Shown one piece after another: positions 48,026-57,766 of a DNA stretch of 60,443 bases. Where the stretch lies: NCBI GenBank assembly GCA_038895475.1, contig JAWANI010000003.1, positions 1 through 60,443 on the forward strand, given 5' to 3'. Each line of letters begins with the position of its first letter. Position 1 is the first letter of the stretch. The notes under the pieces are model-generated. The model saw only the letters and a list, made by a program, of their open reading frames with translations, had not been told where the DNA came from and searched no databases. Source of the DNA: Candidatus Woesearchaeota archaeon. GTDB taxonomy: Archaea; Nanobdellota; Nanobdellia; Woesearchaeales; UBA9642. The position numbers were made by a program, and so were the translations under genes.

Positions 48026-48889
48026 ATGGTTAAAGCACAATTTGCAGGACAATTCTATGAGGAAAAAGATTATGCTCTCGAAAAACAAATAACCTCTTGT
48101 TTTGAGGACAAAAATGGTCCGGGAGATCTTCCTGTTAATGAAAGGAAAAATAAAATTAAAGCAATAATTGCACCGCATGCTGGTTACATGTATTCAGGAC
48201 CGTGTGCTGCATGGGCATATAAGGAAATTGCTGAAGCAGAATTTGCAGATATCTACATAATAATAGGTCCTAATCATTCAGGTAATGGAAATTTTTTAGC
48301 TTTAAGCGGATATGAAACACCTTTTGGTCTTGCAAGAGCAGACAAAGAATTTGCAAGTATGCTCTTAGAAAAAAATGATGAATTAAAAGCAGACGACTCC
48401 GCATTTAAATATGAACATTCTGTAGAGGTTCAAATACCTTTCCTGCAATTTGTTACAAAAGACAAAATGCATCAATTAAAAATACTTCCAATAATACTTA
48501 GTTCAGAAATAGATATAGCAAAATTTGCCCTTGACTTAAAGGAAACAATAATTGAATCTGGGAAAAATGTTATAATAATTATAAGTTCTGATTTTACACA
48601 TTACGGAAGAAATTATCATTATGTTCCTTTTAGTACAGATGTTAAAAATAAAATTTATGAAATGGATAGAAAAGCCATTGAGTTTATAGAAAAATTTGAT
48701 GCTGACGGATGGTTGGAGTATGTTCAGAATAATTTTATGACTGTGTGCGGATTTATACCTATAGCTGTATTGCTTAAAACAATTAAACCATGTAAGGTTA
48801 GATTAGAACATTATTATACTTCAGCAGATCTTGATCCTGATTCAGATTATAAGAATTCTGTAAGTTATGCAGCAATAATATTTGAATAA
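48026..48889 (+). CDS. MEMO1-family protein (AmmeMemoRadiSam system protein B)
   Basis: IIAPHAGYMYSGPCAAWAY, HSVEVQIPFLQ and SSDFTHYG signatures. Confidence 0.9.
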   Translation: MVKAQFAGQFYEEKDYALEKQITSCFEDKNGPGDLPVNERKNKIKAIIAPHAGYMYSGPCAAWAYKEIAEAEFADIYIIIGPNHSGNGNFLALSGYETPFGLARADKEFASMLLEKNDELKADDSAFKYEHSVEVQIPFLQFVTKDKMHQLKILPIILSSEIDIAKFALDLKETIIESGKNVIIIISSDFTHYGRNYHYVPFSTDVKNKIYEMDRKAIEFIEKFDADGWLEYVQNNFMTVCGFIPIAVLLKTIKPCKVRLEHYYTSADLDPDSDYKNSVSYAAIIFE

Positions 48890-50459
48890 TATGCTTAAAG
48901 AAACAGATAAAAAAAATATAGAAAAGACAAAGAAATGTTCTATTAAAGACGGTGCTGCATGGAGTGTAATGTATGGTTTTGGGGAACAATACATTGTTCC
49001 TTTTGCTTTAAAATTGGGTGCTACTGCATCACAAATAGGAATATTAAGCTCTGTGCCTGCATTTATAGGGTCATTATTTCAAGTAGCCGGGGCAAAATTA
49101 ACTGACAAATATAGTAGTAGAAAAAAAATTGTGACAATATTTGTATTTTTTCAAGCTTTATTGATGATTCCTTTATTTATTCTCCCTTTTATTACTAAAA
49201 ATTTTTTGGTTTTAACACTGCTTTTTACAATATACTACATTTTTGCAAATATTGTCGGTCCTGCATGGTCTTCATGGATTTCTGATGTGGTTGATGAAAA
49301 AGAAAGATCACTATATTTCGGCAGAAGAAACAAAATCGTCATAATAAGCACAATGATAAGTGTTTTGATTGCTGGAATAATTCTTAATTACTTCGAAAAA
49401 ATAAATATTTGGATTGGTTTCGGAGTATTGTTTAGTGTTGCATTTATTGGTAGATTAATATCCTGGTATTATTTGATTAAACAGTTTGAACCAAAATATA
49501 CCTCACCAGAAAAAGAAACATTTCTATCTTTCATCAAAAATATGCAAAATACAAATTTTGGAAATTTCATAATATTCAGATCTTTAATGGCTTTTTCCAT
49601 AATGATTGCAGGACCTTTCTTCGCTGTGTTCATGCTTAAAGAAGCAGGATTCAGTTATATACAATACACAATTCTTATTCTTGTTCCCATGGCTTCTAAA
49701 GCTTTAACAATGACATACTGGGGAAAGTATGCGAATAAGTATGGCACAAGAAACATACTTGTCATTTCCGGGGCAGGTGTTGCATTAATACCCTTATTTT
49801 GGTTTTTAGCAGGATACTTATTCAGTGATTATATATTATTTTATTTATTAATAATCATAGAGATTTTTTCTGGGTTTGCATGGGCCGGTTTTGAACTAAC
49901 AACATTCAATTATGTTATAGAAACAGTCAGTCCGGAAAAACGTGCAAGAAGCTTCGCCTATTTTAATCTTATATTCGGAACGCTTGTTCTTTTGGGAGGA
50001 TTATCAGGTTCTTTTTTAATAAATAAACTTCCAAATTGGGGATCTAAAATTCTTTTATTGTTTTTAATTTCGGCAATAATGAGACTAATAGTGATTACTG
50101 TTTTTTCATCTAAAATAAAAGAAGTCAAGGTTTCAAGAAGAATAAATGAAAACAAATTATTTTTTGAATTAATAATTGCCAAACCTGTTAATTATGCAAT
50201 AACACATACATCAATAACTTTTCTTAATACTGAGAGAGATGTCAAAAATTTTGTTGACACAACAAAAGACAAATTACTGTATCATTCTAAACCCGCATTA
50301 AAAAAAATTGATAAAACCTTAGATAAACTAAACAGTATAAAAGAGAAAATCGAACCTGAAAAATTGAAGAAATATAGAAAAAAAGCATATCAAGAACTGA
50401 CAGACACAAATATTAATAAGAAATTAGAAAAATTCTACAATAAGAAAAGAAAAAAATAA
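48882..50459 (+). CDS. MFS transporter with long charged C-terminal tail
   Basis: About 12 TM helices, DKYSSRKK-like loop 2-3 motif. Overlaps the memo stop by 8 nt. Confidence 0.7.
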   Translation: MNNMLKETDKKNIEKTKKCSIKDGAAWSVMYGFGEQYIVPFALKLGATASQIGILSSVPAFIGSLFQVAGAKLTDKYSSRKKIVTIFVFFQALLMIPLFILPFITKNFLVLTLLFTIYYIFANIVGPAWSSWISDVVDEKERSLYFGRRNKIVIISTMISVLIAGIILNYFEKINIWIGFGVLFSVAFIGRLISWYYLIKQFEPKYTSPEKETFLSFIKNMQNTNFGNFIIFRSLMAFSIMIAGPFFAVFMLKEAGFSYIQYTILILVPMASKALTMTYWGKYANKYGTRNILVISGAGVALIPLFWFLAGYLFSDYILFYLLIIIEIFSGFAWAGFELTTFNYVIETVSPEKRARSFAYFNLIFGTLVLLGGLSGSFLINKLPNWGSKILLLFLISAIMRLIVITVFSSKIKEVKVSRRINENKLFFELIIAKPVNYAITHTSITFLNTERDVKNFVDTTKDKLLYHSKPALKKIDKTLDKLNSIKEKIEPEKLKKYRKKAYQELTDTNINKKLEKFYNKKRKK

Positions 50460-50555
50460 AAGAGAAAAAACAACATAATAAAAAAATAAAATAAAAAGAA
50501 AATTAAAATAAGCATTAACACATAAAAATTTTAGTAAAAATATTTTTTTTAATAA

Positions 50556-52337
50556 CTATTTTTTTCTGTTTTTTTTAACTTTTTTTAAAGTTGATTTTTT
50601 TAACACGTTACTTGTTTTTTTATTGCTTTTTACTTTTTCTTTAATAACAACTCTCTGAACACTTGCTGTTTTTTCTTTTTCTTCTGAAAAATATATTGTG
50701 TTAAATAAATCTATTACATTTAATTCTATTACTGAAACAGGCATTTCTAAAGACCAATTCAACAATACCTGTGGGTGAATCTCCCCTATTGTTCCAATTT
50801 TTTTATTATTTAATATTATTCTGCCAACCCTTCCTTTGATAAAAGAAGTATGGTCTGTTTCATGCAATTCATATTTTAAACCCAATGAATCAAATATTGC
50901 ATCCAAAGACTGCTTTGCTTTAGTAAAATTTGCATCATTACCGCAAAATGCAATGGCCATTTTTTCAATTTCTTGAACCTTCGTTTCAAAAGAATCGTTT
51001 CTCCTAAAAACAGTTCCTATTTCAAAAATATTCTGTGGATAATCATAATGTTTATTATCCTTCAAAACACCCAATAAACAAGGAACCAGCCAATATCTTA
51101 AAGAATCATATTCTTGATTCACAGAATTATTTAAACAGATGCTTTCTCCTGAAAAATTCATTAATTTAAACTGTTTTTCTGAATTTGTTAAATGATAATT
51201 CTTTACCTCTAACAATCCTTGACCTATAAGTATTTCCCTTAATTTATTTTTAAAGACCTCTAAATGATTCTCTGAAGCTGTTGTTGCTATTTGTATTATT
51301 TTACTTTCAAAAGAATCATAACCGTATGCTATTGCAATATCCTCTATTAAATCTATCTGATGTAAGATGTCTGCACGGTATGCGGGAATTATTGCTTTTT
51401 TTGCATTATAACCCATGCCCATCTTTTCCAACAAAAATTTAAGATCTTTTTCTTTTAACTCTAAACCAAGAATTTTATTTACATACTCCAGACTTATTTT
51501 CATTTCTCGTCCTTCAAGGTTTGGACATAATCTTTTTTTATCTGGATATATAACCTCTACACTATATATTTCTCCGCCCATATCTGCCATTGCAGTAACA
51601 ATTATATTTAAACATGTATGTAAATAATCAAAATCAAAACCTGAACATTCTATAAAGACTTCCTTTGTCTGTGTAGTTACTTTTCCAACAGTATTGCTGT
51701 TTATTATTGGGGGCATGCTCATAATATTTAATTTGCTATCCATAAATACAGGAAATTTATCCAGTCCTTCAAGCAGATAACCATACTCCCTACCTGTTGG
51801 GTGTATTGCAAGTATTTGATAACCCGTCAAATCTTTATTCATATCTAGCGGTTTAAATTTTATTTCCTCTGGATGCAAGGCTTTATAATATACAGGTGGT
51901 TTTATGTATTCTAACGGATAAATTCCAATGGCTGCTTTTTTTCTGTTTCTACCATAGGTGATATGCAATTTTTCTTGTATTTGTATTATTGCCTTAATTT
52001 TTTCATCATTAAGTTTTAATCCTTTAACTATTGCACATGCAGTATATGGTCTTACATTTTTAACAGATTTATCAACAACAACTTTCACATTCGACTTTTT
52101 CACAGCATAATTTTTAAATCCTGGTTTTATACTTAAGAATGTTTTTAATGCTCTAGCAAGTCCTTGTTCTGACAAGAAATCAGGCCTGTTAGGAAATATT
52201 TCTATTGTTATTTCATCACCTTCTAATGATTCGACATTAGCACCAATATAGTTGATGCTATGCACTAATTGTTCATCAGATATTTTTCTTCCCAAAAACT
52301 CCAATAATAAACTTTTACTAAAATTTACAGTCGGCAT
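50556..52337 (-). CDS. pheT: Phenylalanyl-tRNA synthetase beta subunit (archaeal type)
   Basis: MPTVNFSKSLLLEFLG start, B3/4 and B5 domain pattern, archaeal length, with an extra Lys-rich tail. Confidence 0.9.
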   Translation of the reverse strand: MPTVNFSKSLLLEFLGRKISDEQLVHSINYIGANVESLEGDEITIEIFPNRPDFLSEQGLARALKTFLSIKPGFKNYAVKKSNVKVVVDKSVKNVRPYTACAIVKGLKLNDEKIKAIIQIQEKLHITYGRNRKKAAIGIYPLEYIKPPVYYKALHPEEIKFKPLDMNKDLTGYQILAIHPTGREYGYLLEGLDKFPVFMDSKLNIMSMPPIINSNTVGKVTTQTKEVFIECSGFDFDYLHTCLNIIVTAMADMGGEIYSVEVIYPDKKRLCPNLEGREMKISLEYVNKILGLELKEKDLKFLLEKMGMGYNAKKAIIPAYRADILHQIDLIEDIAIAYGYDSFESKIIQIATTASENHLEVFKNKLREILIGQGLLEVKNYHLTNSEKQFKLMNFSGESICLNNSVNQEYDSLRYWLVPCLLGVLKDNKHYDYPQNIFEIGTVFRRNDSFETKVQEIEKMAIAFCGNDANFTKAKQSLDAIFDSLGLKYELHETDHTSFIKGRVGRIILNNKKIGTIGEIHPQVLLNWSLEMPVSVIELNVIDLFNTIYFSEEKEKTASVQRVVIKEKVKSNKKTSNVLKKSTLKKVKKNRKK

Positions 52338-52362
52338 TTTTTCTCCTTGTATACCTCATCAA

Positions 52363-52614
52363 CTACTTTTTACTTCTCATGCTTTTAGCTTTTACTTCAT
52401 TTGCTATATCCAATATTTCTTCTAATAAGCGCTCTTTTTTTATATTGCCTGATTTTATAGACTCAACAAGTGATGCCACTCTTACAGCAAGCAAATCAAA
52501 CAACGTATTATTCATCATCTTAAGTTCATGTATTACACCTTGTAGTAATTCTACTGTTTTTTTATTATCATCTAAATTTTTTGTGGCGTTCATCAATAAA
52601 TCTAATGCTTTCAT
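52363..52614 (-). CDS. Small helical hypothetical protein (83 aa)
   Basis: ORF packed between pheS and pheT. No motif. Confidence 0.45.
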   Translation of the reverse strand: MKALDLLMNATKNLDDNKKTVELLQGVIHELKMMNNTLFDLLAVRVASLVESIKSGNIKKERLLEEILDIANEVKAKSMRSKK

Positions 52615-52616
52615 TT

Positions 52617-52880
52617 TTATAACTCCTTTATTTTTTTTGATATGGTTTTCATTTTTTGGTCTATTGTCATTATTCCTATTAATCCCGTAAGTATTAACAT
52701 TACACTTACAATGAATAGTGCAAAATCAAAGCTGTAAATATTTATGATATACAATATTATTCCCATTAACAACAATAATATCAATCCCGCTATGAATATT
52801 ATTTGCTTAGTATATGCTAATTTTAATCTTGTAAGCTCGTATACTTTGCGATCATCCATTTTCTCCTGACCATTTATCAA
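52617..52880 (-). CDS. Small 2-TM membrane protein (87 aa)
   Basis: Two hydrophobic helices. 4 nt after the pheS stop and 2 nt before the next ORF. Confidence 0.45.
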   Translation of the reverse strand: MINGQEKMDDRKVYELTRLKLAYTKQIIFIAGLILLLLMGIILYIINIYSFDFALFIVSVMLILTGLIGIMTIDQKMKTISKKIKEL

Positions 52881-52884
52881 AACA

Positions 52885-54432
52885 TTATCTTGGCAATAAT
52901 AACCATTTTTTCATGCTGCGAAGTTGTTTTATGTCGTTTTTATTAAAATCTCTTAAATCTTCAATGCCATAATAAGGCACTACAACTCTTCCCAAACCTA
53001 AACCCCATGCTAATACTGGACATTCAAAACCCATTAATGTTTTTGTAACTTCCGGCCTAAATATTCCTGCGCCACCTAATTCTATCCATTCTTTCCTTTG
53101 ATTGTTATATACTAATATTTCAGCGGATGGCTCTGTATAAGGAAAATGTGATGGTCTTATCATTATTTTGTCATAATTCATTCTTCTGAAAAATTCTTCT
53201 AAATATCCTTTGAGATGACTAAAATTTGCATCAGGATCAACAACAATTCCTTCTACCTGATAAAATTCAAATAAATGTTTCCAATCAACTGCTTCATTTC
53301 TAAATACTTTACCTATTGAAAAGAATTTTGCAGGCAGATTTTCCTTTTTTAATCTTGAGATGGTTTGTGCTGATAAAACAGTTGTGTGCGTTCTTAATAA
53401 TAGTTGTGATGCTTTTTCCTCACTCCAAGAACTTTTCCAACCCATACTGCCTGTATCTCCCCCGGTTTCATGAACCTCTTTTACCTTCTTTTTTAAATCT
53501 GAGGGAATGTCTCCTTTTGATGGATTTTTTAAATAAAAAGTATCTTGCATCTCTCTTGCAGGATGATCCTGTGGGACAAATAAACTGTCTAAATCCCAGA
53601 ATGCTGTTTGCACAATGCTTCCACGCATTTCCTTAAAACCCATATTTAACCATACTGATTTCACATATTCTATTGATTCATTTTCGAAATGTTTTTTCCC
53701 GAACGATATCTTGGGTACTGCAGAATTCAAGTCATATCTCCTGAATTCTTTGTTTAACCAACTCTTATTTTTAATGGATTCTTGTGTTAATGAATCTATG
53801 ACTTCTTTATCCAATTTATTGTCGCTGTTCAAAATTGATTTCCCTAATTCTGTTAAGAGTATTATCTTTGTTTTTTGCAGTTCTAACTTTAGAATGTCTT
53901 TCCTTTTTAATAACTCTCCCATAGCATATGATTCTTCTGGAGAAAGATTTTTTGGATCTAAAGGAAATGTTTTTTTCAAGAATTGTTCTTCCAATGATTC
54001 TTTTTTAAGCATATTTCTGCCTAAATCTGTCAGTGATACAAAAACTTCATTTCCCTTTTTTGAAATGTTTATTGCATTTTTCTTCTTCAATATCCCTAAA
54101 CTTACAGACAACTCTTCTTTACTCAGTTTTGAAGAACGTTCTATTTCTTTTAAAGACATTTCACGGTTCAGACTTTCCAGAAATTTTCTCTCTGGAAGGC
54201 CCTGTTTTGAATATAATTTACCATTTTTTTCCAAAAATAATGTCTCTTTAGATTCTTCTTTTATCTCTATTAATTGCTTATTTTTAAGCCATTGAATCGC
54301 CCTAGAAACCTCTACTTCTTTTAAGCCTGAAATAACCAATAATTCTGAAAAAGAGTTTGTTTTTCTTAATAACGGCAATATTTTTCTTTCTAACGGGTGT
54401 AATTTATCTATAATAGTGTTGATATCCACCAT
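52885..54432 (-). CDS. pheS: Phenylalanyl-tRNA synthetase alpha subunit (archaeal type)
   Basis: N-terminal winged-helix repeats; class II catalytic core HPAREMQDTF, FRNEAVDWKHLFEFYQVEG, GAGIFRPEV. Confidence 0.95.
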   Translation of the reverse strand: MVDINTIIDKLHPLERKILPLLRKTNSFSELLVISGLKEVEVSRAIQWLKNKQLIEIKEESKETLFLEKNGKLYSKQGLPERKFLESLNREMSLKEIERSSKLSKEELSVSLGILKKKNAINISKKGNEVFVSLTDLGRNMLKKESLEEQFLKKTFPLDPKNLSPEESYAMGELLKRKDILKLELQKTKIILLTELGKSILNSDNKLDKEVIDSLTQESIKNKSWLNKEFRRYDLNSAVPKISFGKKHFENESIEYVKSVWLNMGFKEMRGSIVQTAFWDLDSLFVPQDHPAREMQDTFYLKNPSKGDIPSDLKKKVKEVHETGGDTGSMGWKSSWSEEKASQLLLRTHTTVLSAQTISRLKKENLPAKFFSIGKVFRNEAVDWKHLFEFYQVEGIVVDPDANFSHLKGYLEEFFRRMNYDKIMIRPSHFPYTEPSAEILVYNNQRKEWIELGGAGIFRPEVTKTLMGFECPVLAWGLGLGRVVVPYYGIEDLRDFNKNDIKQLRSMKKWLLLPR

Positions 54433-54546
54433 AACCCCCTTGTTTTAACAATTTAAATCATAACAAATATATAAAACTATCTATTATTTTAAAAGTAAAA
54501 AAGACACTTATAAAGAGAATAAATTTAAAAATAATCTATTAATAAA

Positions 54547-54560
54547 CCACTAAATAGTGG
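54547..54560. promoter_or_regulatory. Palindrome CCACTA-AA-TAGTGG in the pheS/trmB divergent intergenic region
   Basis: Perfect 6+6 inverted repeat, the only G/C-containing symmetric element I noticed in this roughly 390-bp AT-rich spacer. Confidence 0.25.
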
Positions 54561-54822
54561 CTTCATATTTTTAAAAGTATTCTAAAAAACACATAAAAAA
54601 ACTATTTAAAACAAATACAAAATATTCTTTACTCCCTTAGAAACAATAAATAAAAGAAACCATTTTATAAAAGTAAAAAACCGTAACATATTTAAAGTAG
54701 TATATCACACATATTATTTAACAGTAAAACAAAATATAAATTAGATTGAATATAAAGGTGTATAAAAAAAAGAGTATAAAAAGAAAGGGGTGAGTGCCGA
54801 CAAAAAGATGTCGGAGGTTAAA

Positions 54823-55641
54823 ATGATTGTTAAAGACGAATTTTTAAGCAAACTAAGAAGATATTTTGGATTAAATCTTTATGAAGTAAAAATATGGACT
54901 GCATTATTGTCCAGAGGAGTAAGCACCGCAGGAGAACTCTCGGATATTGCAAATGTTCCACGATCAAGAAGCTACGACATTCTAGAATCATTAGAAAAAA
55001 AAGGATTTGTGGTTATGAAAATTGGAAAACCAATAAAATATATTGCCGTATCTCCTAAAGAAATAGTTGATAGGGTTAAGAAAAACGTTAGAATGGAATC
55101 AGAAGAAAGATTAAAAAGATTAGAAGAACTTAAAGGAACAGATATTGTTGACGAATTAAACAATTTACATACACAAGGAATCGAGCTTGTTGAGCCTACA
55201 GAACTTTCAGGAGCATTAAAAGGCAGACATAATTTATATAATCATATGGAATTAACAATAAAAAACGCAGAAGAAACAGTAACTATAATGACAACTTCCC
55301 AAGGATTATTAAGAAAAATAGAGGGACTTAAACCGGTGTTTGAACAATTAAAAAAGAGAGGCGTTAAAATAAAAATATGCGCACCATTGACTAAAGAAGC
55401 GATACCTGCAATAAAAGATTTAGGAAATATTGCAGAAATAAAACATACTGATGCCAAAGCAAGATTTATTATTGTAGATAGAAAAGAATTGCTTTTCATG
55501 ATTACGGATGATTCACAAGTACATCCAACATACGATGTAGGGATATGGGTAAACACACCTTTCTTTGCAAGTGCTTTAGAAGAATTATTTGAACTTGCAT
55601 GGAAAGAGATGAAACCTGCAAAACAAGTTTTAAGATTATAA
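54823..55641 (+). CDS. trmB: TrmB-family transcriptional regulator
   Basis: FGLNLYEVKIWTALLSRGVSTAGELSDIANVPRSRSYDILESLEKKGFV wHTH plus C-terminal TrmB_C-like domain. GGAGGT lies upstream of the ATG at 54823. Confidence 0.85.
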   Translation: MIVKDEFLSKLRRYFGLNLYEVKIWTALLSRGVSTAGELSDIANVPRSRSYDILESLEKKGFVVMKIGKPIKYIAVSPKEIVDRVKKNVRMESEERLKRLEELKGTDIVDELNNLHTQGIELVEPTELSGALKGRHNLYNHMELTIKNAEETVTIMTTSQGLLRKIEGLKPVFEQLKKRGVKIKICAPLTKEAIPAIKDLGNIAEIKHTDAKARFIIVDRKELLFMITDDSQVHPTYDVGIWVNTPFFASALEELFELAWKEMKPAKQVLRL

Positions 55642-55702
55642 TTTTTTATTATTCAGTTTCTTTTTCATTAAATTTGTTATTTATTTTTTTATTAAACTTT
55701 AT

Positions 55703-56581
55703 CTATTTCTTTTTTATTAAATACAGTAATTCATTTTCTATAACGTGCTTTTCCCATTTCCAACCCAGTTTTCTCAATAAATTTTCTAACCATAACCTTC
55801 TGTATTCTTTTATCTCCCTTACACCAGACAATGATAATGTTGGAAAAGTTACTGCTAATATTTTTGCATTTATTGCATTAAATAATTTTTCTGTTATGTT
55901 TCTTTTAACTCTCTCCAAACCATCCAATGCTTTAAATATTAAACAAACATCGCAATTTATTCTTGATAATTTTTTAAAAGATTTTTCCTCTAACAAATCA
56001 AGGGGAAAAACCTCGCTTTCAAGGTTTGTCTTTGAAAAATATGTTTTTAAAAAATTACAATCTTCGGTGCTTATATCTGAGGCATAATATTTTTTTATTT
56101 TGTCTCTTACGAAAATATTTGATATTGGATTTAAACCGCAAGCAATATCCAAAACAACCACTTTTTCAGAAAATCCTGAAAATATTTTTTCGTATAATTC
56201 TTTATAATGACTTAAACGTTCATTAGTTGATTTGTGAAGTTTTAATAATTCAATGTGTTCTTCTAAATCGTTTTCTCCCTGCAGTTTTTTTAATATTATA
56301 TTTCTTTTTTCATATTCTTTTAAAATAAATGCGCCATATACCTTTCTTAATTCTGCACGGATTTTTTTTAGCAGATATTTGTATTCCCTGCTTTTTTTAA
56401 ACTGCACATAATCCTTGCTTTTTGATAATTTTTCAATAATTTTTTCTTTATACTGATAATCGCGTATATCTTCAAAGAAGTCATATATTTTTCTTTCTAC
56501 AAAATCCTCATCTAAAGTTCGTAATTCTTTTTTAGACTTTATGTCAGATATTAATTCTGGCAGATATTTTATTTGAAACAT
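55703..56581 (-). CDS. ArmA/RmtB/FmrO-family 16S rRNA (G1405-N7) methyltransferase homologue
   Basis: LHKSTNERLSHYKELYEKIF, VVLDIACGLNP, DVCLIFKALDGLE, AVTFPTLSLSG and NELLYLI parallel ArmA blocks IHSSTNERV..FY..VF, ILDFGCGFNP, VVFLLKMLPVL, VISFPIKSLSG and NELVYI (recalled from memory). Confidence 0.7.
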   Translation of the reverse strand: MFQIKYLPELISDIKSKKELRTLDEDFVERKIYDFFEDIRDYQYKEKIIEKLSKSKDYVQFKKSREYKYLLKKIRAELRKVYGAFILKEYEKRNIILKKLQGENDLEEHIELLKLHKSTNERLSHYKELYEKIFSGFSEKVVVLDIACGLNPISNIFVRDKIKKYYASDISTEDCNFLKTYFSKTNLESEVFPLDLLEEKSFKKLSRINCDVCLIFKALDGLERVKRNITEKLFNAINAKILAVTFPTLSLSGVREIKEYRRLWLENLLRKLGWKWEKHVIENELLYLIKKK

Positions 56582-56664
56582 TTTAAATTTTTAATTTGAA
56601 TTTTAAATATTATTCAAGATAATGCTATTTAAGATGATGTTATTCTTTATATTTTTAGACAGTT

Positions 56665-57705
56665 TTAGTATTCTTCCTTCCATCTTAAAACACATGCAAT
56701 TCCCGATAATCCGTCTAATTTTTTTAAGGCATCAGCCGAGCTTATTATCCTTACATCAGCATTAATGTTTTCTGCCTGCTGCATAATATAATCTATTTCT
56801 GAAGATTTTTTTTCAGAACGCATTTTTCTTATTAAGTTTTCAGAAATTAACAGCACAGAAACATTTCCAGCACTAATTTTTGATTGAACTTCTTTAAAAC
56901 CATATGATGCTATTCCCTTGCTTATGGATTTGAGCAATTCATCAACTATAATTGTTTCATTAAAAGATTTGTCTTTTTCTAATACTGTTTTAAGTTCGGG
57001 TCTTTTTAATATTTCATTAATGGTGCTTGAATCTATGCTGGAACATGTTGCTAAAGTGATTTTTTTTCTTAATTCTTCATCATTTAACTCATTCAATAAG
57101 TATTCTTTCCAAAAAGCCGGACTTGCAAGAATTATGCTGTTAAAAGAAAACTTTTGATCATATTCTTTGATGGAAGATATTATCTTATTATAAAAATCTG
57201 ATTTTTTTTCTTCGAAACCTTTTTTTGTTACCTCGCCCTTAATTTCAAGCAATATCTCATATCCGTTATTTTTCAGAACAGCAAATATAGCGTCTTCCCT
57301 GTCAAATGCCACAATTAAAATATTATTTCTCGTAATTGTTGATTGTTCTATTTTTTTTAGCTCATACACGGACCATTTTTCTTTTTCTATTGTCAATACT
57401 GTACCTATGCCTACATTAAAAGTATGATAGTCGCCTTTTGGAATGTCTTCTGGACCTTCAATTATGGGCCCTAATAATCTTAAAGTGTCATCAAAAGATA
57501 TTTTTTCAACACGTATTTTTAAAAAAACATGCACCCTGGATATTTTAGATTTTTCATCTGAAGAGCCTATTCTTATTTTTCTTTCGGACATTCCACTAAC
57601 AATATCGTTTTGTTGTATTATTTTCTCTAAATACCATAAATCTTCCTCGGATTCTGTTTTTAACTTTAATAGTCCGTGTTTTAAATCTTTTTGAAGTATC
57701 TTCAT
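56665..57705 (-). CDS. pelA: Pelota/Dom34 (mRNA surveillance, ribosome rescue)
   Basis: 346 aa, three-domain eRF1-like layout. N-terminus MKILQKDLKHGLLKLKTESEEDLWYLEKII and a C-terminal domain typical of archaeal Pelota. Confidence 0.85.
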   Translation of the reverse strand: MKILQKDLKHGLLKLKTESEEDLWYLEKIIQQNDIVSGMSERKIRIGSSDEKSKISRVHVFLKIRVEKISFDDTLRLLGPIIEGPEDIPKGDYHTFNVGIGTVLTIEKEKWSVYELKKIEQSTITRNNILIVAFDREDAIFAVLKNNGYEILLEIKGEVTKKGFEEKKSDFYNKIISSIKEYDQKFSFNSIILASPAFWKEYLLNELNDEELRKKITLATCSSIDSSTINEILKRPELKTVLEKDKSFNETIIVDELLKSISKGIASYGFKEVQSKISAGNVSVLLISENLIRKMRSEKKSSEIDYIMQQAENINADVRIISSADALKKLDGLSGIACVLRWKEEY

Positions 57706-57766
57706 ATATCGTGTATTGATTTGTGTTATTATAAATTTTGTTATAAACTTTTTTGCAAAATTAAAA

